From positions 186,001 to 250,000 of the forward strand of contig CM035350.1 in the NCBI GenBank assembly GCA_020137815.1: a stretch of 64,000 nt of DNA, written 5' to 3'. A model generated the notes under the pieces. The model ran no database searches, was not told the DNA's origin, and saw only the letters and a program-made list of their open reading frames with translations. The DNA comes from Hormiphora californensis. Its lineage: Eukaryota > Animalia > Ctenophora. Position numbers and translations under genes: made by a program. Each line of letters starts with the position of its first letter. Within the stretch, counting starts at the first letter, position 1. Below are positions 39,994 through 51,500 of the stretch, one piece after another.

Positions 39994-42707
39994 ATGGAGA
40001 TCATCAGGACGTTTCGGAAATGTATCAGTGGTCCAAGACTGTACTTTCTGTGTTCCAACGTGGAATACTCTTCAGAAAGCTACCAGAGAAACTCTATCGA
40101 GAAGTATGTTTTGTATTCCTCTTGAGAGACACACTCTTAACAACACTTTCTTCCTAGGTGTTGTGACATTATGTTTGATAGCTGCAGTTGGATCATAACT
40201 ATTGTGACGTATCTCAGCCCGTTCATTGCATACAATGTATACAAACACGGCCCAGAGCCTTACATTGCCATAGCAAAGGGTACTGCTATTCCTGCTCTTT
40301 CTTTTTACAGTAAGTCACCAGCCGTTTTAGATAACTTACGAACTTAAAACAATTACCAACTTGAAACAAATACAATCCCTTTTCAGTTTTGGCTTTAATC
40401 TTAAGAGGTGCAGCACGAACTGCAAATCCTACATACGCTGAGTTTGTAAATCTGTACTATTCCGCCCAAACTTCCTCTGATAAAGAAATGAGACATAACT
40501 TTTTGAAGAAATACGACTTTGAATTTCATCACTGGTCAGCTGATTTCATTGCGTCGCCTAATAATTCCAGTAGTCTTGAAACCATACGTAAGTAAAATGT
40601 CTCAACATTCCGAAGGACTAATATAAGGAGAGAGGGAGGTTGAACTACGCCTAATAATGACACATTCAGGTGGTTACACTGTACCCCTCCTTCTCCGTCC
40701 CTTCTATTATATAGTGGCTACCTGGCTAGCGAAGCCACTTGCCTACCCTGGCTCTACATATCCTCTAAACGCCATCCTACGGTAACATTTGATAATATTC
40801 ATATCACGTTTTAAAAGTCATAAAATTAACCGTTCTATCATTCGGTGCTAGTTGTTGAATATAGGAGGAATATAAACATGATGATTATTATAGGCGTGGG
40901 AGTGTATATATGTGACGTGTGTGAGTTTGCCAAAGTGGCTTACACAACCATTACAGGTCCCAGCTGGATACCAGTAGACTGAGATATCTTGAAAAAGACA
41001 ATGTGAGGAGAGCCAAGCTAAGAACTGTTGATGGCTGTGAAATTGATACAATGTTCTTTGATAACCGTGGTTCTGATAATGACAAAGGGAACACACTGGT
41101 AAGGCTCTGACAATATATACAGGGTGTTCATTTTGGATCTTTACAAGCGTTGGGCTTCACCCAGAAAAAAGTTGACAAGATTAGGTCATAAAACTTCATA
41201 CTTGGACTATTCTATACCCTCATTCAAGGTTCCTGGGGTTTTTGGAGCTCTAGCACCCCGGGAAGTGTGATTTTGGCACCAAAAATACCAGAAGGAATTT
41301 TTTGCTGATGCTGAGACTTTGCTAAAATGTTTCTTGTGTATTTTCTATGTCAATCCCAGAGTTTCATGGAGATTGGATGTGTTTTTCGGACTCAAAATTT
41401 CGATACATGTGGCTGGAAAAGCTCGAAAACGGCTCAAAAACAGCAAAAATTGAGTATTTCCAGCCACTTTTTACGAAATTTTGAGTCCGAAAAACACATC
41501 AAATCTCCATGAAACTCTGGGATTGACATAGAAAATACCCAAAAAACATTTTAGCAAAGTCTCAGCATCAGCAAAAAATTCCTTCTGGTAGTTTTGATGC
41601 CAAAAACACACTTCCCGGGGTACTAGAGCTCCAAAAACCCCAGGAACCTTGAATGAGGGTATAGAATAGTCCAAGTATGAAGTTTCATGACCTAATCTTA
41701 GCAACTTTTTTCTGGGTGGAGCCCAACGCTTGTAAAGATCCAAAATGAACACCGTGTACTTGTTCCATCCAATCAGGATGTGTTCAGGGAAACGTGAGAT
41801 TCATATACAGTTTCAATATATAATTCTGGAAGTGTAGGCATGTTTCATCACCCAACTTTGACAGGTCATAACGTCTGAAGGAAATGGAGGATATTACGAA
41901 GTGGGCTGTTTTGAGATACCCCAAAAAGCGGGTTACTCTTCTCTCGGGTGGAATCATCCTGGATTTGGCCACAGCACAGGCCTTCCTTTTGACACTGCAG
42001 AGATGAATAGTATAGAGGCTGTGTATGAGTATGCCACCACTGAGCTGGGGTTCTCTGATCAGAATATCATAGTGTATGGGTGGAGTATTGGAGGCTTCCC
42101 CACAGCATACATTGCCCACGCACACCCCAACATTAGTAGTGCCATTGTGGATGCATCCTTCGATGACATAATACCCTTGGCACTGCCCAGAATGCCTCAA
42201 TGGTTAGCAGGGATGACGGTGCGGTGTTGTCGCCATTACTTTAACCTTCACAACTCCCTCCTTCTCTCCAAATACCCCGGACCAGTAAGGATCATCAGAA
42301 GGTCCCGTGACGAGATAATCTCTACCAATGAGCGGCCCGATGGTAACCGTGGCAACGAGCTGCTTGGTGCCCTCTTGCTGCAACGATACCCAACTATATT
42401 CGGGGATGAAGAAGTTCAGAAGTATGTTAGAAGCTGGTATGCAGAGACAGGTACTATCACAAGACGCCTCTCAGTGCCTGGGGAGTTGGATAGAAAGTTC
42501 TGTGCAACAACAGTAGGGTCCCTGCCAGATAGAGAGGAGAGCTACCCTGAACTGGGCACTGGGCTCTCTACCCAGGAGAAAATACAGCTGGCATACTACC
42601 TGTTTGACAAGTACCTCACTGATTTCGATGTAGGACACAATTCACCACTCCCCCCAAAACACTTTGAAGTTCCCTGGAAACATTCCGACAGCGCTCCCAA
42701 GAACTAA
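39994..42707 (+). CDS. ABHD16A: Phosphatidylserine lipase ABHD16A (BAT5) homolog, multi-exon
   Basis: MEIIRTFRKCISGPRLY..; LILRGAARTANPTYAEF; YDFEFHHWSADF; LAYPGS; GYSSLGWNHPGFGHSTGLP; nucleophile YGWSIGG; DASFDDIIPLALPRMP; IIRRSRDEII; HNSPLP. Confidence 0.93.
41120..41756. mobile_element. Tc1/mariner-type foldback MITE in an ABHD16A intron
   Basis: TA|CAGGGTGTTCATTTTGGATC ... GATCCAAAATGAACACCGTG|TA; arms of about 290 bp. Confidence 0.88.
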
Positions 42708-42900
42708 AAACTGTTTTTTAGTTTAGTCGATGTGTCTCCCTGTATATGTCTGGGCGTGTCCCTGTGTGTGTGTGTGTGTGTGGTGTGTGCTTGTTAACAG
42801 TTTAAGATTTTTTTACTAAACATTTCTGCTACATGGAACTTGATTGTTTTCTTGCCACATTTTCTTTTCACTATCTCCGTGATGTTAGCGCCATGTTCTC

Positions 42901-45333
42901 ATGATAACCACAATGGGCCGCAAACTGGCCGAGGATCTTGATAACTTAAAGCCCGATTTTTGGAGCAAAGCGGATGTTGGACGATGGTTAAAAATGAGTG
43001 GTTTCGACCATCTCATTTCCACATTCGATGAACATGATATATCAGGTAGAGAACAGTTGCATGTTAAACCAGTGCAGTTAGCAGTGCTAATACAGATCCC
43101 CCTCTCAGTACCAGTACTAATACAGATCCCCCTCTCAGGAGAAGTCCTGATGATGTTATCTGAACAAGACCTGAGAAAACCACCCCTGTCACTCCAAAAG
43201 TTGGGGGAAATAAAGCGTCTTTCCTCCAATATCGCCCGGCTCCAGGCTGCCTATACAGTTCCCGAAAAGAGGTCAAGGAGAACACGTCGTGACTCTATTG
43301 ACTCAAGTAAAGACTGGAGAAGTCTCTCTCTGGTGAACAAGAAAGAGTCTTTAAAGCTGCTAGTGGCGTTCTTGTACGGTCTATGTTCTCTGATAGTAAC
43401 CAGTATAGTGATGACACTAGCTCATGATAGGGTACCTGATATGAAAACCATACCTCCGCTACCTGATATCTTCCTCGACAATATTCCCTTTATACCCCAC
43501 TCCTTCGAGACTGCAGAGGCGTGTGCAGTAACATTGACCGCCATGTTTTCCTGCATCATCCTGGTACATAAGCAGCGTCTGGTAATCCTCCGCCGGTACT
43601 GCTCCATAGTGGGCACAGTGTTCTTTCTCAGAGCTCTAACCATGCTCTCTACTACACTATCTGTACCAGGGAAACACTTGGAGAACTGCGAGGTGAGGAT
43701 TGGAGACAGCTGGGACGATCGACTACAGCATGTCATCTCTATCTGGAGAGGTTGGTCACTTCACACATCTCACGACGGTACAACACATGCACAGTATGGA
43801 AGTAGCCTGCAGTAGATGATGAGGGGACACAGTAGTACAGCCTTTAGTTGAGAGAGAGGAGAGGAGATAGATAAGACGACGAGATCGAGGAAGAGAGAGA
43901 GGGGCACAGTAGTACAGCCTTTAGTTGGAGAGAGAGAGAGAAAAGAGCGAAGAGAGAGAGAGGTAGGAGAAGAGAGGAGAGAGGAGAGATAGGCAGAAGA
44001 TGCGAGAGAGAGATCGAGAGTCCTACGTACTCTGGGTTCATGACTTCTCGCCTGCATCGACGATCTGATGGACAGATCTAGTCTAGGTCAGTCTGGTCTC
44101 TCTCTCTCGCTCTGTCTGCCTCTCCTCCCCCTCCCTTTGATCACGACATCTCCATACTGCCAGTTCAGTATGTCTCTGGCAGACGAAATGCAACTCGACG
44201 GTACGTGTATTCGACATGTACGTCAATCAATCCAGATTGGTGTCAGTCAGGAAGTATGCTCGCAAGTACAAGCACACCACCCACAATACCAGATTGTTAT
44301 CTGCGACACAACTCACAATAATATTCCCAGGAGCTGGGATGTCAATATCTGGAGTGAGAACTTGTGGAGACTACATGTTCAGTGGCCACACTGCCGTCCT
44401 AACAGTCCTCAATCTATTTGTATGCGAGTGTAAGTTGCAGCAGTGTTCAGTAACAACAGTATTTACAAATCACTAAGGCACCAGTTAGAGATTCCCAGGC
44501 ATCAGTTCCCAAGCACGGCAGTTGCCAAGGTCGGGAAGCAAGTGAGTGCTGACGGTGCGCGCTAGTACTACTTTCCATACAATTTACGTCACGCGCAGCA
44601 GTGTCACATGGTTCACACAGAACCATCTGCACATGATGGCCGGGCATGCAGGAACGCGCCGTGCCCTGATGTCAGGGAGCGTCCCCCTGATGTCAGGGAG
44701 CGTCCCCTGTAACTTGTGCGTAACAATGTCTCCCGTTAGATTCGTCATCTAAATTGCGGTTCCTGCAAACTCTAAGCTGGTCACTCAACTTATTTGGAGC
44801 GTTCTTTATTCTAGCGGCCCATGAGCATTACACAATAGACGTTATTGTAGCATTCTACATTACATCTCGTACCTTCGCCTACTACCATGTGCTCGCCAAC
44901 TCCCTAGCACACAAGCAATACCATTCGAAGGTAAACTACTACAATGTGATCAAGTCCGACCCCCTATTTAGTATTTGGAGCAAAGTGTTTTGCCCGGTAT
45001 ATGATCGGGGTCAAATAATATTTCTATATCATGTATTTGTGGGATGTTTATTATACTCTTACTTCCCAGTAAATGGGGGTTCCGGTAAATCTGGGTCCGA
45101 TTGTATTACATTTAACAAAGTACTAATTGTGATCTGCCCTTTAGGAGCTCACATGGAGTTGGTTTCCTCTGTACTCCTACTTTGAGGAACATGTCGATAG
45201 TAAGATACTCAACGAATACGAGTGGCCATGGGAGCCCTTTGTGGCATTTTGTACTCGCCGCTACCACTGGTTGATGCTTATTCGCGAGGAACGCAGGAAA
45301 AATGGCGTAGGGACGTTGTCTAAAACAGATTAA
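42901..45333 (+). CDS. SAMD8: Sphingomyelin synthase-related protein (SMSr) with N-terminal SAM domain, multi-exon
   Basis: SAM ([15 protein letters not shown]|[11 protein letters not shown]); [15 protein letters not shown]; [15 protein letters not shown]; [10 protein letters not shown]; HEHYTIDV; [16 protein letters not shown]; TAA at 45331-45333. The start may instead be 42913. Confidence 0.93.
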
Positions 45334-45653
45334 GGGTTGAAAAATGCTTTTTATTGTGTTATATTTGTGGTAAAGAATGTCAGATAATATTAAGTTATAA
45401 TTATTTCTGAACAATTCTGATCTTGGGGAAATTCCTTTATCAATATCGCTGTTTTTCTAGGTTAAGTTTATATGTAAGCTTGTTTGTATGTGGTGACGGA
45501 ATGAGTAACTTATTAAAACGCCCCTTTTTGTTATTATATCGCATGCAAGAGAATGCTAAATTTTGTTTTTGTTGGTAAAATTGTTTGTTATAATATTATA
45601 AAACTAGTAATAGTGATTATTCTATGCAGAAATGTGGGGTTTTACTTGTGTTT

Positions 45654-46152
45654 ACTCCCTCCTAGTTCCCACTCCCTCCTAGTTCCCACTCCCTCCTAGT
45701 TCCCACTCCCTCCTAGTTCCCATTCCCTCCTATTTCCCACTCCCTCCCAGTTCCCACTCCCTCCTAGTTCCCACTCCCTCCCAGTTCCCACCCCCTCCTA
45801 GTTCCCATTCCCTCCTATTTCCCACTCCCTCCCAGTTCCCACTCCCTCCTAGTTCCCACTCCCTCCTAGTTCCCACTCACTCCTAGTTCCCACTCCCTCC
45901 TAGTTCCCACCCCCTCCTAGTTCCCACTCCCTCATTGTTCCCACTCCCTCCTAGTTCCCACTCCCTCCTAGTTCCCACTCCCTCCTAGTTCCCACTCCCT
46001 CCTAGTTCCCACTCCCTCCTAGTTCTCACTCCCTCCTAGTTCCCACTCCCTCCTAGTTCCCACTCCCTCCTAGTTCCCACTCCCTCCTAGTTCCCACTCC
46101 CTCCTAGTTCCCACTCCCTCCTAGTTCCCACTCCCTCCTAGTTCCCACTCCC
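45654..46152. repeat. 17-bp minisatellite, ~29 copies
   Basis: Unit ACTCCCTCCTAGTTCCC. Confidence 0.97.
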
Positions 46153-46324
46153 CAGTGTCAAAGTATCTCAATCCGACTAGGATCCTGATTTTTTTTTTTA
46201 AATTTGACTAGGATGGAAACATATTTTTCTATTTTAATAAGTTTCAACGCATTGATTAATTAACTAGATAATTATATAAAAAACAAAACATTTAAAAAAA
46301 TAAAAAATGACGTTTTGGGTTTAT

Positions 46325-46394
46325 GTCAAACCTGAGGATCGAACCCGGGTCTCCCGCTTGACAGGCGAGAATCATACCACTAGACCACCAACCT
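46325..46394 (-). pseudogene. tRNA-Asp(GTC)-like pseudogene or SINE head
   Basis: TGGTCTAGTGG A box; CTCGC-CTGTCAA-GCGGG anticodon arm; GGTTCGATCC B box; acceptor stem does not pair; T-run downstream. Confidence 0.65.
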
Positions 46395-46507
46395 TGTGCT
46401 TAAATCAATATTCAGCGCTCTATATAATGTTGAGGGGATGATCCCTGTATTGATCTCACGTGGTTCGAAGTTTGGTCAGGCATAGAAGACTCGGGATGTT
46501 ACAAAGG

Positions 46508-46581
46508 TGAACAAATTTCAATAGCAAAACAGACGTTTCGGCGTAAAATAGCCCTCATCAGTGAAAGAAATAAACTGTTCA
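46508..46581 (-). ncRNA. Minimal type I hammerhead ribozyme (pLTR copy 1)
   Basis: CTGATGAG-GGC-TATTTTAC-GCC-GAAAC-GTC on the minus strand. Confidence 0.75.
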
Positions 46582-46732
46582 TAGTGACACACATTTATAG
46601 CCCGACACTTGACACTCGAATCCTAATCAGAACTGTTTCTAGCAATTAGTGGTTGCACCACCTCTGAAATCTGACATCGGATGGGATCATACTCTGGGTT
46701 TAGCGGCTGTGACATGAGCCAATCAGAACCAA

Positions 46733-47433
46733 TCAGAACACGAAACCATTCGTCTGGCAATCATTCAGAGCTGGGTGTTCCCGCTGAATTGTCAGATTCT
46801 CCCTCAAAAAAGTCTCAAGAACGTCTCTCCCTCTCCCGACAACTCTAAAATCAAAATTCTCAAAGAAAATCTCAAAGTCCTTTTCTCTCTCCTCTCGCTC
46901 CCTCTGTCCTGGTCTGCCCCTCTTCCTCTTCCTCATGGTCACTGCTTCGGGGTGCTCCTCAGTAAGGTGTCGTCCCAGGGCGCTCTTCGTGTTCCCAAGG
47001 CGTTGGCTGCGCTCATGTTCGTTGACCCTTTCTGAGAGGGGTCTACCGGTAGCACCAATGTAGTCCTCTCCACAGCGTCGGCAGGTGGCTTTGTAGACCA
47101 CATTCCTCTGGTGACAGGAGAGATCGGCCTGGTGAAGTTCACAGGAGCAAGGAGGGGGTGGGGCGAGACGACGGGAGAGGGCGGCCTTAATCTCATCCTT
47201 GACCGTTCTACCCGAGGTGGTGACGACTCTGATAGGGATTCCAGACCGGGCTGCAGCTTTCTTGATTTTACGGGTTAGGGCCTCGTTGACATAGGGCACC
47301 TTCATCGTGAACTTGGGCTCGGTCTGCGGAGGGGGGCTGGTGGGGGATGGGTTAGGGGGAGGGGTGGGTTGGGGGTGTGAGGGGTTGTGGGTGGTGTGAC
47401 GATGTTTGCCCACTTCCCTGGTGATGGTGTTGG
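46733..47433 (-). pseudogene. Penelope ORF C-terminus (linker plus GIY-YIG endonuclease) of the inverted copy
   Basis: Nearly identical to 62075-62774; separated from its RT (54909-55904) by the Gypsy insertion. Confidence 0.92.
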
Positions 47434-48544
47434 TGTTATGGTTGTACAAAGTTGAAGACAAGCGTATTGCGATAACGAGAATGCGAAGTGAATTGTTATC
47501 ACTGATAACAGTAACAGAGACATATAATACTTGAGGTTAAATCACGAGGTTGCCTGGTTACAACAAATCCTCTCTTTAAAAAAAAAAGATCTTAGGTAAA
47601 TAAAAAATAGTAAAAATTTGAAAAATTGTCTATCACACATAAAATATTGTCTTTTTGAGGGAGATGAGGTATTTTTGTAGAAAAATGAAGACCAGAAGGA
47701 CTATGTTGGATTAGATAGGACGTCGACAGGAATTCGCCTGACTCCGACATGGTGAGGAATTTCGGGATCATGGACCAAACGGGATCATGGATTAAACAAA
47801 AATATCACATTTATCACTCTTTTCTCTAAAAATGTCTTTAATTAATAAGTCTATTATAAGTTTATGATTGATAATATGTATATCGCACTCTTTCTAACAA
47901 AAATTTATAATTTACATGATTATAGATTGTAGAATGTGGTTAGTAGGAAAGTTTATTTATAACTAAACGAGGGTAGAATGTGGTTAGTAGAATATTTAGT
48001 TGGTAGAATTAGTTGTATAATTAATTTTTTTTAATTAATTAACATTAGGATAGGATAGTATAGTAAAATAATTAGTAAAATAATTAGTCAGATCCTAATT
48101 ATTTATTGGAATAAACCAAACGATAGAAACACGCCGCTGTTATAACTTGGCGAAATGGTTGGCACATGCGGGGGCTCATTACTATGCAACAATAAACAAT
48201 TCGTTAATAAGTAACGAAGAGTAAGTGGGAGCCGTGTTCTCAAGAATCAGTTACCACATGCCTGACCAACCTGCATAAAGTTTGTGGGAAGAGTGAACAG
48301 CGATACGTAGTGAGTCAAAATATGTTAAAACTACGCTAGAATCTAGCAGGGTGAATTAACCCTAAGCTAAATCAGATGACTTCCGGGTGTATATAATATA
48401 TATACGAAAAGCTAGAGCTCTAATCTATCAATAGAAAGAACAGTTAGAGATGGCTGAGAGAAGAATCCTGATTTAGGAACACAATAAATTGTGTGAGATG
48501 AATGGTATTAGTATACCTGTGTTTGAAAAGTGAGGATTACCGAA

Positions 48545-51500
48545 CTATTTCTTCTTCTTAGTCGGGCTAAACGCGCTCCTCATCTTTTCCTGTAGCTTAC
48601 TGGACTTACTTCTTGTATCATAACTACTCGAAGTCTGAGCTGTAGATTGCCCTGTGAGTTTCCTTTTCTCGGGCATGCTCTTGGTTGACGGGTTACGAGA
48701 TACACCAGTAGTTTTGGGTTTAGGAGCTGGTTGGGGTTTTTCAGGTCTGGGTCTGAGATTATAGGAAGACTTGACAGCACCTGCCGAACCAGTAATATCA
48801 CTCTCCGATTGCGTACGGCTTTTACGCCGTTTAGCTAAAGGAGGGATTTTAGGAGTGGTTGTGGTAGGAGTGTGGAAAGGTGTAGAAGGGGTAGTAGGAT
48901 TAGTAACAGTTACATCTCTTTGTGGAGTAGCAGTCTCCTCTTGAGCTGCTGCGGGTACATTTGAATTCGGTACCTCTGGTTCTGTATCTATTACTGATTC
49001 TGCATCAGTATTTACACCTGTAGAAGACACATCTGTAGGAATGGTATTAGTAGCACTATGATAGGAAGTTTCCGTATCTGTGTTAACTCCTGAAGAAGAA
49101 ACATCTATAGGAGTGGTGTTAGTAGCTCTGTGATAGGAAGTTTCTGTGTCTGTATTAAAGTGAGAGAGAACAGCAGGGATTTTCACAAAAAGTTTTCTGG
49201 ATACTCCTTGATGGCTAACTAAAACTTTAGTGAAAACCGCATGTCTCTAGCATGTTTTTGAAAATTGAGCTAACACATGCGAGACGCACCATAATGGGCC
49301 CATAATGGGCGTAACTGCATGTACAATATGAATTTACGCCCATTATAGGCCCATAATGGTGCGTCTCGCATGTGTTAGCTCGATTTTCAAAAACATGCTA
49401 GAGACATGCGGTTTTCACTAAAGTTTTAGTTCGCCATCAAGGAGTATCCAGACAACTTTTTGTAAAAATCCCTGCTGTTCTCTCTCACTTTAACTCCCGA
49501 AGAATTCACGTCTGTAGGAGTAGTGTTAGTAGCTCTGTGATAGGAGGATAGTCGTGGGCTTCTCCTGGTATGAGGAGGGAGGGGGTCAAGTAGAAAATCA
49601 TCTTCGATTGAAGATGCATAGGAAGTAGTACGTCTACGTCTTGAAGGAATAGGAGGGACGTTTGACGGTTTAGGAATAGAGGTATCGATGGAAGATGTTC
49701 GTGAGTACTTATTTTTAACATAGTGTTTCATTTTAGTAATACTAACTAATTTATCTTTGCCATCAAAATTAATAACATAATTATAGTCATTAATTTTCTT
49801 TAGAACTTTATCTGGACCAGTCCACTTTTGGGAGTATTTATGATTAGGAACATTTATCAACAACATACACAACATACCTTCTTCAAAGAATGGTCCTCTT
49901 ACTTTTTTATCGTAGTTGGTACTCATGTATTGGATGTGTTTGTTGATTTTCTCACGAACCCGACGTGTAGTATCACGTACATGAGAATACATTTTATAAG
50001 CTGCAGTATCGTAATCACCAGGATTGTGTTCCTGGTTGTCTGGTAGGAATAGGTCACGAGGCGTGCGTGCCTCTTGGCCAAATAGAAGAAAGTTAGGAGA
50101 GTATCCAGTACGATTGGATCTCATGCAGTTAAGAGTAAAAACTATCCAGTCAATGTATTCGTCATACCTGTGATAGTCTTTATTAGCTAGAATAGCCCTG
50201 AAACAGGTGTTAATACGTCGGTGGCATGACTCCACCTTGCCTTGGGTAGAAGATTTCCACGGAGTGGAATGTAGTTTTTGTATCCCAAAAACTTTACAAA
50301 CCTCTTTGAAGAGATTAGATTCAAATCCAGAACCCTGATCACTTTGAATCCGGTTAGGAACACCAAACTTAGAAATCCAGTGTTTCATGATTGCTCTTAT
50401 AGTATGTTCTGCACTAGTACATAGATCGCACAGGTACACACACTAAGTAAGAACTATACATGTCCACTATAGTTAGAAGAGCTACGTGACCACGAGGGGT
50501 ACGCGTTTTAGAAGGTTCCAAATGGTCAATCTGAATACACGAATTGAATGAGCTATAAATTATGGGTTTGAGTGGGGCTTTGAGTGGGCGATTGGTTGCT
50601 TTGGATCGTTGACATGTGACACATGCTGAGACAAATAACTTGACCTCTAGTCTTATTTTGTAGAAATGAAATCTATGTGATAGCTGATCTAGTGTATTCT
50701 TCATACCAGGGTGACAACTACCAATGTTATCGTGGAATGAGGAAATAGCACGTCTAATTAACGTGTAAGGAAGAACAGTGACCCATTTTGGATCATTTTG
50801 TTCGGGTAGGAATGTTTTTAGCATGAGTAAACCCTTGCTAAATTTTAGGAGTTCAAATTTTCTGTAGTAGTAACTGATCTCTTTGTGACACTTAGAAAGT
50901 TCAAGATCAGGTTTAGAATCATTAGTTACCCATTCAATAACCTCAGAAATGATCTTATCATTTTGGTATTCTGCAATTATCTCCTCGGTAGTAATAGCTT
51001 GATCATCACCTTCAGGATCGGTGAGAGTTAGGACCTTGTTGAGTTTAGAAAATGTAGAACACGGAATCTCCTCATCACTGGAATATTCCGGGGGGATAGA
51101 AAGTGAAGAACTATCTGATGAGGAAGTGTCAATTAGTTCCTTAATTTTCCTAATTCTTCTCTTAGTTTTAGGTTTAGAATTAATATCAGTCTGTGTACCC
51201 ACAGATTGTTCTGAAATGTTATGGGCATATCTACTGAGATAATCAGCAATTTGTATGTCCTCAGAACGGCCACTGACATGTTTTATAGTAAATCTGTAAC
51301 TTGATAAGTCAGCAATTCGACGCTGCATATATGCATTGTCTTTAGAAAACAGGGTTTGTAAATTGAGAAGTGCTTTACAATCACTTAAAATAGTAAATTG
51401 GCTACCTTGTAAGTAGATTTTCCAATGCATTATAGCAGAATGTAGGGCTAGAAATTCTAATCTAGTAGCACCCCATTTTTGCAAATGTTTAGGAACTCGT

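Noticed and set aside
46325-46394. Functional tRNA genes (also 58590-58660 and 63402-63471)
   Set aside because: Acceptor and/or T and anticodon stems do not pair; kept only as tRNA-derived Pol III units.
48545-49186. Separate env-like third ORF in the Gypsy element
   Set aside because: No signal peptide or TM segment; it is the pol tail cut off by a MITE, and its start lies inside that MITE.
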